A DNA stretch of 64,000 nt, taken from NCBI GenBank assembly GCA_015067305.1, contig SVMT01000007.1, positions 28,770 to 92,769 on the forward strand, given 5' to 3'. The translations under genes and the position numbers were made by a program. Source of the DNA: Oscillospiraceae bacterium. GTDB lineage: Bacteria; Bacillota; Clostridia; Oscillospirales; UBA644. The notes below the pieces were generated by a model. The model was given only the letters and a program-made list of their open reading frames with translations, was not told where the DNA came from and did no database searches. The first letter of the stretch is position 1; each line of letters opens with the position of its first letter. Shown here in pieces: positions 1-8,518 of the stretch.

Positions 1-18
1 AAACTTACTTCTGCGCCA

Positions 19-1272
19 ATGAGCGAAAAATGCCCCGATAACGTTTATTCGGAACTGAAAGATAAATTTTCCGAAGAAGAGATCTCCGATGCTTACGCAG
101 AACTTTATGAATTATACAAAGAAGGCATGCTTTTCACTGAAAGAGACTACGAGATCCACATTCCCGAAGAGTATCCCATAAAAGCACTTTGCCTTCATAT
201 CGCGCACGACTGCAATCTCAGATGTAAGTATTGCTTTGCAGAAGGCGGAGACTATGCAAAGGGCAGAAAGATAATGCCTTTTGAAGTGGCAAAAGCGGCA
301 ATAGATTTCGTTATTGAAAGATCAGGAACAAGAAGAAATATCGAAATAGACTTCTTCGGCGGCGAACCCCTTATGGGCTTTGATACAGTTAAAAAGACTG
401 TTGAATATGCCCGTTCCATCGAAAAAGAACACAACAAGAACTTCAGATTCACACTTACCACAAACGGCATCCTGCTGACAGATGAGGTTATGGATTACCT
501 CAATAAGGAGATGTCCAACGTAGTTCTTTCTCTCGACGGCAGAAAAGAAGTGAACGACGCGGTTCGTGTAGGCGTGAACAACACAGGCTCTTACGACAGG
601 ATCGTGCCTAAATTCCAGGAATTCGTAAAACGCAGAGGCGGTCAGAATTACTACATCAGAGGAACTTTCACATCTCAGAACCTTGACTTTGCGGAAGACG
701 TAAAGCATATGAAAGAGCTTGGCTTCAAGCAGACTTCCGTCGAACCCGTAGTTCTTGACCCCGAAAGCCCCTTTGCTATCAGAGAAGAACATCTTCCTGC
801 GGCATTTGCGGAATATGACAGACTGACCGAAATCATGGCTGAATACAAGAAAAACGACGATTTCTTCAATTTCTTCCACTTCATGGTAGACCTTGATCAG
901 GGTCCATGCGTGATCAAACGTGTCAAAGGTTGCGGCTGCGGTGGCGAATATGTTGCAGTTACTCCCGACGGAGATGTTTTCCCTTGCCACAGATTTGCAG
1001 GCATGGAAGATTTCAAATTGGGAACAGTTTTCGGCGGCGAACTTAAGCAGGATATTATCGATAAATTCGGCGAATCCACTGTTTTGAGAAAGAAAGACTG
1101 CGAAGAATGTTGGGCTAAATACTTCTGCTCAGGCGGATGTCCCGCAAACAACTACAACGCAAACGGAGATATTCTCAAACCGCATAAAATTTCTTGTGAA
1201 CTTGAAAGAAAGCGTCTCGAATGCGCTATCGCATTGAAAGCATACGAGGCTAGCCTTGAGGAAAACGAGTAA
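19..1272 (+). CDS. radical SAM/SPASM peptide maturase, SCIFF-maturase-like (ScfB type); frame is open back to position 1, so the true 5' end may lie outside the window
   Basis: CNLRCKYC (CxxxCxxC) radical-SAM motif; C-terminal Cys-rich SPASM region (GCGCGGEY..PCH..CEECWAKYFCSGGCPANN); length and layout typical of the anSME/SCIFF maturase family. Confidence 0.8.
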   Translation: MSEKCPDNVYSELKDKFSEEEISDAYAELYELYKEGMLFTERDYEIHIPEEYPIKALCLHIAHDCNLRCKYCFAEGGDYAKGRKIMPFEVAKAAIDFVIERSGTRRNIEIDFFGGEPLMGFDTVKKTVEYARSIEKEHNKNFRFTLTTNGILLTDEVMDYLNKEMSNVVLSLDGRKEVNDAVRVGVNNTGSYDRIVPKFQEFVKRRGGQNYYIRGTFTSQNLDFAEDVKHMKELGFKQTSVEPVVLDPESPFAIREEHLPAAFAEYDRLTEIMAEYKKNDDFFNFFHFMVDLDQGPCVIKRVKGCGCGGEYVAVTPDGDVFPCHRFAGMEDFKLGTVFGGELKQDIIDKFGESTVLRKKDCEECWAKYFCSGGCPANNYNANGDILKPHKISCELERKRLECAIALKAYEASLEENE

Positions 1273-2051
1273 TGAAACTCGGAATCTCCTGCGGATGCTG
1301 GTATCCGTCACTGACGGAAGATTCTGCGGAAAAGATCAAAAACGCCGGATATTCCGCTGCTGAAATTTTTCTCTGCGATGAGACTGAATGCGAGCCGAAA
1401 TTTCTCACAGAACTAAGAGAAAAACTCGACAGTTTTGGGATAGAAGTAGTATCAGTTCATCCGTACACATCCTTTGCGGAACAGTTTATTTTCTTTTCGG
1501 AATATGACCGCCGCAGAGAATCAGCATATAAATATTACCGCAGATACCACAAAGCCTGCCATATACTCGGTGCAAAATTCATAAACTTCCACGGAGCAAC
1601 ACTTCCAATAAAAGCAGAAAGATATGCGGAAATATACCGCAGACTTTATCTTGAAGCGAAAGCGGAAGGATTAGATTTCTGCCAGGAGAATGTTCGGAAT
1701 TTTACTTGCGGAAAAGCGTCATACCTTGCAGAACTCAAAAACCTATTGCAGGATGAAATAGCCTTTACGCTTGATGTAAAACAAGCCCATATGGAAGGAG
1801 AAGACCTGTCAGAAATGATCAGGATCATGGGAAAAGACATAAAACTTGTCCATATCAGCGACCATTCTGACAACGAACCTTGTATGCTTCCGGGTTTTGG
1901 AACTTTTGACACCGAGGGCTTCATCAAAAAGCTCAGAGATATCGGTTATGACGGGTATCTGATCACGGAGATATACTCAAGAAATTATAAAAAAGAATCC
2001 GAAATCAAGGATTCCAGACTCTTTTTAAGCGATATACTAAATAAAATATAA
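1272..2051 (+). CDS. sugar phosphate isomerase/epimerase family protein (xylose isomerase-like TIM barrel)
   Basis: 259-aa ORF with family-level resemblance to AP-endonuclease-2/xylose isomerase-like TIM barrels; its ATG overlaps the maturase stop (TAATG), suggesting translational coupling. Confidence 0.6.
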   Translation: MKLGISCGCWYPSLTEDSAEKIKNAGYSAAEIFLCDETECEPKFLTELREKLDSFGIEVVSVHPYTSFAEQFIFFSEYDRRRESAYKYYRRYHKACHILGAKFINFHGATLPIKAERYAEIYRRLYLEAKAEGLDFCQENVRNFTCGKASYLAELKNLLQDEIAFTLDVKQAHMEGEDLSEMIRIMGKDIKLVHISDHSDNEPCMLPGFGTFDTEGFIKKLRDIGYDGYLITEIYSRNYKKESEIKDSRLFLSDILNKI

Positions 2052-2070
2052 CAAACGGAGGGTAATGCCT

Positions 2071-2529
2071 ATGAAATGTCCATATTGCGGTTACACAGAC
2101 AACAAAGTATTGGACTCAAGAGCTGTAGACGACAGGATTCGCAGAAGACGTGAATGTCTCAGCTGTGCAAGACGTTTTACAACTTATGAGGAGATCGAAC
2201 ACGCACCGCTTATCGTTATCAAAAAAGACATGACCCGAGAAGAATTCAACAGAGATAAACTACTCACAAGTTTCCGCAGAGCTTGCATCAAACGAGATGT
2301 ACCCTATGCGATACTTGAAAAAACAGTTTCAGACATAGAGCAGGAACTTCTTATCGAAACCGACCACGAAGTTCCCTCTCAGAGAATAGGCGAATTGGCA
2401 ATGCAAAAACTCCTGTTCATCGACGATGTTGCTTATGTCAGATTTGCATCAGTGTATAAGGATTTCAAAGACATCAATGCATTCAGAGCTGTTCTGGAAA
2501 GCATTGACAACACAAAAAATCTTCTTTAA
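2071..2529 (+). CDS. nrdR: transcriptional repressor NrdR
   Basis: N-terminal zinc ribbon MKCPYCG...C..C followed by an ATP-cone; GGAGGG RBS 8 nt upstream of the second ATG (the ORF track starts two codons earlier, at 2065). Confidence 0.9.
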   Translation: MKCPYCGYTDNKVLDSRAVDDRIRRRRECLSCARRFTTYEEIEHAPLIVIKKDMTREEFNRDKLLTSFRRACIKRDVPYAILEKTVSDIEQELLIETDHEVPSQRIGELAMQKLLFIDDVAYVRFASVYKDFKDINAFRAVLESIDNTKNLL

Positions 2530-2541
2530 AGGAACTCTGAA

Positions 2542-3285
2542 ATGAAAGACAATGTACATGAAAACCACAGAGAGAGAATGAGGGAAAGGTACCTGCTCAA
2601 CGGAACAGACGGAATGGAACCCCATGAAGTTCTGGAAATGATGCTGTATTACACTATTCCGAGAAGCGATACTAACCCCATTGCACATAGATTGATAGAC
2701 ACTTTCGGTTCGTTTTCAGGTGTATTGGACGCATCTGCGGATGATCTGGCAAAAGTCTGCGGTATCGGCTCCAAAGCAGCTGTATTCCTTAAGCTTTTCA
2801 ACGATGTACGCAGAGTCTACGAAACAGACAAAGTCAAAAACACGACAAGAGTAACAAGTTTTGATGAGATAGGTCAATATCTCATGCCAAGATTTATAGG
2901 CAGAAGAAATGAGATCGTAATGTTGATGTGCCTTGATTCCAAAAATGAGATCATTTGCAGTCAGATACTGTTTGAGGGCAGCGTAAATTCTTCAACTCTC
3001 GATATCAGAAAACTTGTGGGCATTGCCATAAGAACAAACGCCACAAGTGTAGTTCTTGCACATAATCACCCGGGTGGACTTGCTGTACCGTCAATTAAGG
3101 ATATTCAGACGACCCAAAGTATAATGAAGATCCTTAACCAGTTGAAAATACAACTTACAGACCACATTATATATGCAGGAAATGACTATATATCTTTAGC
3201 ACAATCAGAAAATCTTGGTGAAGAGGCAATGGAACTGCGTCAGGAGATAATTGCGCAAAATCCAGCCTATTACGGGATAACATAA
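2542..3285 (+). CDS. radC: RadC-family JAB/MPN domain protein
   Basis: HhH-like N-terminal region (GIGSKAA) and JAMM motif HNHPGG near the C-terminus. Confidence 0.85.
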   Translation: MKDNVHENHRERMRERYLLNGTDGMEPHEVLEMMLYYTIPRSDTNPIAHRLIDTFGSFSGVLDASADDLAKVCGIGSKAAVFLKLFNDVRRVYETDKVKNTTRVTSFDEIGQYLMPRFIGRRNEIVMLMCLDSKNEIICSQILFEGSVNSSTLDIRKLVGIAIRTNATSVVLAHNHPGGLAVPSIKDIQTTQSIMKILNQLKIQLTDHIIYAGNDYISLAQSENLGEEAMELRQEIIAQNPAYYGIT

Positions 3286-3304
3286 TATTACATATTAGCT
3301 GACA

Positions 3305-3350
3305 TTTTTCGGGAAAAACCTTTTAAAATTGGTTTTTCCCGAATCTTTTT
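3305..3350. terminator. bidirectional intrinsic terminator between radC and the AraC gene; near-identical to 63552-63597
   Basis: TTCGGGAAAAACC-loop-GGTTTTTCCCGAA flanked by T/A runs. Confidence 0.8.
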
Positions 3351-3359
3351 ATATAAAGC

Positions 3360-4127
3360 TTAAATATCAGACCGTTGGCGACATTTTCCACGCCATTCGG
3401 AAGGGGAAATCCCACGGACAGACTTGAATGCACGAAAAAAGCTTGTATAATCTCCGAAACCACAGCTTTCAGCGGTTTCTTCAAGAGAAATATCTGTGGC
3501 GCTGAGAAGAGATGATGCCAATCGGATCCTTTCCCTTTTCAAATATTCATACGGAGTCATTCCGAATTCTTTTTTCACAAGATTGATGATGTGATTCCTT
3601 GAAAAATGGCACATTGCGGAAAGCTCTTCAAGCGATGGGGGATCTTTAATATCGGAGGTCAGAAGTTTCAGAATCCTCTCAGCCTGACTTTCAGTGTGAT
3701 TTCTGCCATTCAAAAGATAAGTCATTATATTATAAAAACATGAAAGGATCTCTGTTTTGCACCCACCGCCATATACAAGACGGTTAAGTTCCGTCATACA
3801 GCCGATTATTTCTTCAATAATAAAAGTACCTCTTTTCGGCAAACATGTTCGACTGTCATTCCATGTTCCGCGGAAGTGAATATATAAATATCTGGGGCAA
3901 TCACTCTCCAAAGAATCACCGTGTATAGCCTCAAAATGCTGAATATAATACTCACCGGGCATTATTTCGTAATCGACACCATCCTCATTGAAACGAAGTA
4001 CACCACTCAGTACCATAACAAGGACATCGGATTCACACTTTCTTTTAACATGTTTTTCATGAGGCGCAAACTCCCTCATTGAAGCAACCTCATATTCCAA
4101 AGACTTATCAAGATCAATTCCGTACAA
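3360..4127 (-). CDS. AraC-family transcriptional regulator (cupin sensor + HTH)
   Basis: N-terminal cupin-like half and C-terminal double HTH (...FGMTPYEYLKRERI...GFGDYTSFFRAFK...); divergent from the GH127-like gene. Confidence 0.85.
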   Translation of the reverse strand: MYGIDLDKSLEYEVASMREFAPHEKHVKRKCESDVLVMVLSGVLRFNEDGVDYEIMPGEYYIQHFEAIHGDSLESDCPRYLYIHFRGTWNDSRTCLPKRGTFIIEEIIGCMTELNRLVYGGGCKTEILSCFYNIMTYLLNGRNHTESQAERILKLLTSDIKDPPSLEELSAMCHFSRNHIINLVKKEFGMTPYEYLKRERIRLASSLLSATDISLEETAESCGFGDYTSFFRAFKSVRGISPSEWRGKCRQRSDI

Positions 4128-4261
4128 TCAAATCACCTCTTGATATTTATTATAACATAATATTGTGATATTTGCAATATTATAGCTGATATAAACAATT
4201 ACAAAATACGCAATTTTGTGCTATAATACAGCTAAATACAAAAGAAAGGTCGCAAACCCTC

Positions 4262-6103
4262 ATGAAAACGAAATATTCTCTTTATACTTCAAAAGAAATC
4301 AAACCTACAGGTTGGCTCAAAAGACAGCTGGAGATCCAGGCAGACGGTCTTTCGGGAAACCTTGACAAAGTCTGGCCCGATGTACGTGACAGCAAATGGA
4401 TAGGCGGAGACTGCGAGGGCTGGGAACGTGTACCCTACTGGCTTGACGGATTCATTCCTCTTGCATATCTGCTTGAAAACGAGGACATGATCGCACGTGC
4501 TAAAAAATACATTGATGCAATAATCGCAGGTCAGCAGGAAGACGGCTGGATCTGCCCTTGCACTGTCGAAGAACGTCCCACTTATGACACATGGGCTGTT
4601 CAGCTTATTTCAAAGGTTCTCACCGTATACTATGAATGTTCGGGGGACGAAAAAATTCTCGAAGTAATCTACAAAACGCTGAAGAATTACTATGAATTAC
4701 TGAAAAACGGAACTATTTCCCTTTTTGAATGGGCAAAAGCACGTTGGTTTGAAACTTTCATCGCCCTGAACAAACTTTACAGCATCTATAAAGAAGACTG
4801 GATGAAAGATCTGGCAAAAATACTCAAAGAACAAGGTCTTGACTACGAAAGCTATACGGAAGTCTGGAAACATCCCGTTTATAAATGGAAATTTGAAACA
4901 CATATCGTAAACATGGGCATGATGCTGAAATATGAAGCTGTTTCCGCAGAGCTTCTTGATGCACCATACACGAAGATAGCAGACAAACTCAACGATATTC
5001 TTTCCCGATACAACGGTACTCCCGTAGAACTTTTCACCGGTGACGAATGTCTTGCAGGTCTCAGCCCCATCCATGGTACGGAATGTTGTTCTGTTGCTGA
5101 ACAGATGTATTCATACGAACTTCTGTACGCTTACACGGGAGATAAAAAATGGGCTGAAAAACTTGAAGTTCTTGCGTTCAACGCATTCCCCGCAACGAAT
5201 ACGGAAGATATGTGGGGACACCAGTACGACCAGCTCAGCAACCAGATGGCTTGCGTAAGATTCGACGGAAAAAATCCTTTCGGCACAAACGGAAACGAAT
5301 CACATCTGTTCGGTCTTGAACCCAACTACGGCTGCTGTACTGCAAACTTCAATCAGGCTTGGCCTAAATTTGCACTTTCAACATTTATGAAAACACGAAA
5401 CGGTATTCTCTCTGCCGTTCCCGCACCTTCAAAACTCACAACTGAAGTTAAAGGTGTTCCCGTAACGGTTGAACTCATCACGGAATACCCATTCAGAAAT
5501 AAACTCACATACAAAATCGATGCGGAAAGACCTGTTAAATTCAATTTCAGCGCAAGAATTCCATCCTTTGCGAAAAATATAAAAGTCAACGGAGAAAATA
5601 CTTCTCTCCGCGGAAACCTCTGCCTTGATAAAGAATGGACAAACGAAACAGTTGAGATCACATTTGATACGGAAATAACACTCGTAAAGAGACCTCACGA
5701 CCTCTGCTGCGTAAAGAAAGGCTCACTTGTCTTCGCTGTTCCCGTTGAATATAAATCAAACATGCTTGAATACACAACAAGAGAAACCGTTGTAAGAAAA
5801 TTCCCCTACTGCGACTACGAATTCTACCCCACTTCCGATTGGAATTACGCATATGCGTCCAAAGACTTCAAAGTTGTGGAAGCTGAGGGAGATGAATTCC
5901 CCTTCTCCGTAAAAAATCCCAGACTTATGCTTGAAGCTGATGTAGTACACATTGATTGGGGTTTGGAAGATGGATATCTCAATCTTTGCGCAAAAACACC
6001 AAAAAGCCGCAAGCCTGTAGGCGAAATTGAAAAAATAAAGCTCCAGCCATACGGATGCACAAATCTCAGAATGACTGAAATTCCCTTTGTAAACAAAAAA
6101 TAA
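4262..6103 (+). CDS. glycoside hydrolase family 127/146-like protein (beta-L-arabinofuranosidase-like, DUF1680)
   Basis: 613 aa; conserved N-terminal WL..Q...A.GL and W.GGD.EGWE..PYWLDG block; Cys pairs GTECC and NYGCC match the Zn/nucleophile Cys motifs of the GH127 family. Confidence 0.7.
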   Translation: MKTKYSLYTSKEIKPTGWLKRQLEIQADGLSGNLDKVWPDVRDSKWIGGDCEGWERVPYWLDGFIPLAYLLENEDMIARAKKYIDAIIAGQQEDGWICPCTVEERPTYDTWAVQLISKVLTVYYECSGDEKILEVIYKTLKNYYELLKNGTISLFEWAKARWFETFIALNKLYSIYKEDWMKDLAKILKEQGLDYESYTEVWKHPVYKWKFETHIVNMGMMLKYEAVSAELLDAPYTKIADKLNDILSRYNGTPVELFTGDECLAGLSPIHGTECCSVAEQMYSYELLYAYTGDKKWAEKLEVLAFNAFPATNTEDMWGHQYDQLSNQMACVRFDGKNPFGTNGNESHLFGLEPNYGCCTANFNQAWPKFALSTFMKTRNGILSAVPAPSKLTTEVKGVPVTVELITEYPFRNKLTYKIDAERPVKFNFSARIPSFAKNIKVNGENTSLRGNLCLDKEWTNETVEITFDTEITLVKRPHDLCCVKKGSLVFAVPVEYKSNMLEYTTRETVVRKFPYCDYEFYPTSDWNYAYASKDFKVVEAEGDEFPFSVKNPRLMLEADVVHIDWGLEDGYLNLCAKTPKSRKPVGEIEKIKLQPYGCTNLRMTEIPFVNKK

Positions 6104-6114
6104 ATGAACTTTGT

Positions 6115-6148
6115 CGGAGATCCGCTATGGGTCTCCGATCTGTTTTTT
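6115..6148 (+). terminator. intrinsic terminator after the GH127-like gene
   Basis: CGGAGATCC-GCTAT-GGGTCTCCG followed by a T-run. Confidence 0.75.
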
Positions 6149-6207
6149 ACAGGAAAGTATATCCTGCAAAATTATTGCAAAATGTGATATTATTTCAAGA
6201 AAAGGTC

Positions 6208-6236
6208 TTGACAGAGTGTGTAAAATGTGATATAAT
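6208..6236 (+). promoter_or_regulatory. consensus sigma-A promoter of uvrB (TTGACA-17-TATAAT)
   Basis: TTGACAgagtgtgtaaaatgtgaTATAAT about 35 nt upstream of the uvrB start. Confidence 0.7.
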
Positions 6237-6275
6237 AAAGGGTACAATATTACTCTCATTTTCAGAGGTGTGTTT

Positions 6276-8252
6276 ATGGCAGAGTTTAAGATACACAGTA
6301 ATTATAAGCCCTCGGGTGACCAACCCGAAGCCATACGGCAGATAACAGAAAGCTTTCGAAAGGGAAACCGTGATACGGTCCTTTTAGGTGTTACGGGCAG
6401 CGGTAAAACTTTCACGATGGCGAATGTTATTCAGAATTTACAGCGCCCCACTTTGGTTCTCGCTCACAACAAGACCCTTGCGGCACAGCTTTGCAGTGAA
6501 TTAAAAGAATTTTTCCCCGAAAATGCCGTTGAATATTTCGTCAGTTACTATGACTACTATCAGCCTGAAGCATATCTTCCCCACACGGACACATATATAG
6601 AAAAAGATATGGAGATCAACGAAGAGATCGACCGTCTGAGGCACTCCGCAACATACTCACTTTTTGAGAGAAGAGACGTTATAATCGTTGCCAGCGTTTC
6701 ATGTATCTACACACTCGGAGACCCGATCTCATATAAAAAAATGATCGTATCCGTCCGTGAGAATCAACAGCTTGACATGAATGAAGTCGCAAAACAGCTG
6801 ATAGGCATCCGCTACAACAGAAACGACTACGATTTTGCACGAGGAACTTTCCGCATAAAAGGCGATGTTATGGAAATATTCCCTGCCGCAAATGAGGACA
6901 AATGTATAAGAATAGAATTTTTCGACGACATCGTTGACAGGATTTCCGAGATAAACCACATCACAGGTGAAGTTATCTCAAGACTGAAACACGTTGCGAT
7001 ATACCCTGCAATGCACTATGTCACCGACCCAGAAAAAATGGAAGAAGCCATCGGACAGATAATGGAAGAAATGGAAGAAAGGGTGCAATGGTTCACAGAC
7101 AACAAAAAGCTCATTGAAGCCCAAAGAATAAAAGAAAGAACTCTTTATGACATCGAATTTTTGCGTCAGATGGGTTACTGCAAAGGCGTTGAAAACTATT
7201 CAAGAGTCCTTTCGGGACGGGCTCCGGGCTCTACACCATATACACTTTTGGATTATTTTCCAGAAGACTTTATAACCATTATAGACGAGAGCCACGTAAC
7301 CGTTCCTCAGGTCAGAGGTATGAGTGGCGGCGACAGGGCAAGAAAAACCAACCTTGTTGATTTCGGATTCAGATTACCATCGGCATACGACAACAGACCG
7401 CTGAATTTTGAGGAATTCGAAAGAAAAATGAATCAGGTCCTTTATGTTTCGGCAACTCCTGCGCAATATGAAAAAGAACGTGCCTCGGTGGTGGCGGAGC
7501 AGATCATCAGACCTACGGGATTGCTTGATCCTGAAATTTCCGTAAGACCGACAGAAAATCAGATCGACGACCTCGTTTCGGAAATTAACGCAAGGATTGA
7601 AAAGAAAGAAAGAGTTATCGTTGTTACACTCACGAAGCGTTTGGCGGAATCTCTTTCGTCATATCTTAAAGGTCTGGACATCAGAGTTCGGTACATGCAC
7701 CACGATATTGACACTCTTGAACGAATTGAAATCTTACGTGATCTGCGTATGGGCGAATTTGATGTAATCGTAGGTATCAACCTTTTGAGAGAGGGGCTTG
7801 ACCTGCCTGAAGTTTCATTGATCGCGATCCTTGACGCAGATAAAGAAGGATTCCTGAGAAATGAGACGTCTCTTATCCAGATAATCGGACGCGCGGCAAG
7901 AAACGCCGAAGGTAAAGTTATCATGTATGCAGACAGCGTCACTCCATCAATGGAAAGAGCGATCCGAGAGACCGAAAGAAGAAGAGGTATCCAGGAAGCA
8001 TACAACAAGGAACACGGAATCGTTCCGAAAACCATCATAAAACAGATCAGCAACCCATTGGCAATAACAGTATCCCCCGAAGAGATAAAGAATGCAGAAA
8101 AACCGTCATCAACAAAGAAAATGACCAAAGCGGAGCGCGAAGACCTCATCGAACGTCTGACTCAGGAAATGAAGAACGCCGCAAAACAGCTGGAATACGA
8201 ATACGCTGCGCAGCTGCGTGATGAAATAAACAAACTTAAAAAGGGAAAATAA
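6276..8252 (+). CDS. uvrB: excinuclease ABC subunit B
   Basis: [11 protein letters not shown], Walker A GVTGSGKT, helicase motifs, C-terminal UVR domain ([11 protein letters not shown]). Confidence 0.97.
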   Translation: MAEFKIHSNYKPSGDQPEAIRQITESFRKGNRDTVLLGVTGSGKTFTMANVIQNLQRPTLVLAHNKTLAAQLCSELKEFFPENAVEYFVSYYDYYQPEAYLPHTDTYIEKDMEINEEIDRLRHSATYSLFERRDVIIVASVSCIYTLGDPISYKKMIVSVRENQQLDMNEVAKQLIGIRYNRNDYDFARGTFRIKGDVMEIFPAANEDKCIRIEFFDDIVDRISEINHITGEVISRLKHVAIYPAMHYVTDPEKMEEAIGQIMEEMEERVQWFTDNKKLIEAQRIKERTLYDIEFLRQMGYCKGVENYSRVLSGRAPGSTPYTLLDYFPEDFITIIDESHVTVPQVRGMSGGDRARKTNLVDFGFRLPSAYDNRPLNFEEFERKMNQVLYVSATPAQYEKERASVVAEQIIRPTGLLDPEISVRPTENQIDDLVSEINARIEKKERVIVVTLTKRLAESLSSYLKGLDIRVRYMHHDIDTLERIEILRDLRMGEFDVIVGINLLREGLDLPEVSLIAILDADKEGFLRNETSLIQIIGRAARNAEGKVIMYADSVTPSMERAIRETERRRGIQEAYNKEHGIVPKTIIKQISNPLAITVSPEEIKNAEKPSSTKKMTKAEREDLIERLTQEMKNAAKQLEYEYAAQLRDEINKLKKGK

Positions 8253-8265
8253 AGGAGGACTTTGC

Positions 8266-8322
8266 GGGGAAACTTCTTTTCGCGGAAAAAAAAGTTTCCC
8301 CACACCCCTTCAAGAAAACCGA
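8266..8322 (+). repeat. intergenic double-hairpin repeat, type I (copy a)
   Basis: GGGGAAACTTCTTTTCGCGGAAAAAAAAGTTTCCCC-ACACCCCTTCAAGAAAACCGA. Confidence 0.85.
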
Positions 8323-8394
8323 TACATGGTCAATTATTAAAATTATACATTACTCCTAAAAAAACCGAGACAAAAAAATAATCCAGACAGTTCC

Positions 8395-8500
8395 CCTATA
8401 AAGCATTGAAAATGCTTTATACAAAAGTTTTTTTGAAAAAGGGGTTCGGGGAAAAACTATTTTTACAAAAAATGTTTTTCCCCGTAAAACCACAACTACA
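8395..8500 (+). repeat. about 105-bp intergenic repeat, type II (copy 1)
   Basis: TAAAGCATTGAAAATGCTTTA hairpin + GGGGAAAAACTATTTTTACAAAAAATGTTTTTCCCC hairpin; about 85% identical by eye to 32964-33070. Confidence 0.85.
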
Positions 8501-8518
8501 AATTTAGAAAGGAACACA

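Noticed and set aside
6100-8518. LexA/DinR SOS boxes (GAAC-N4-GTTC) upstream of uvrB or uvrA
   Set aside because: No GAAC-N4-GTTC match is found in either upstream region. There is only a lone GAACTTTGTC with no GTTC half.
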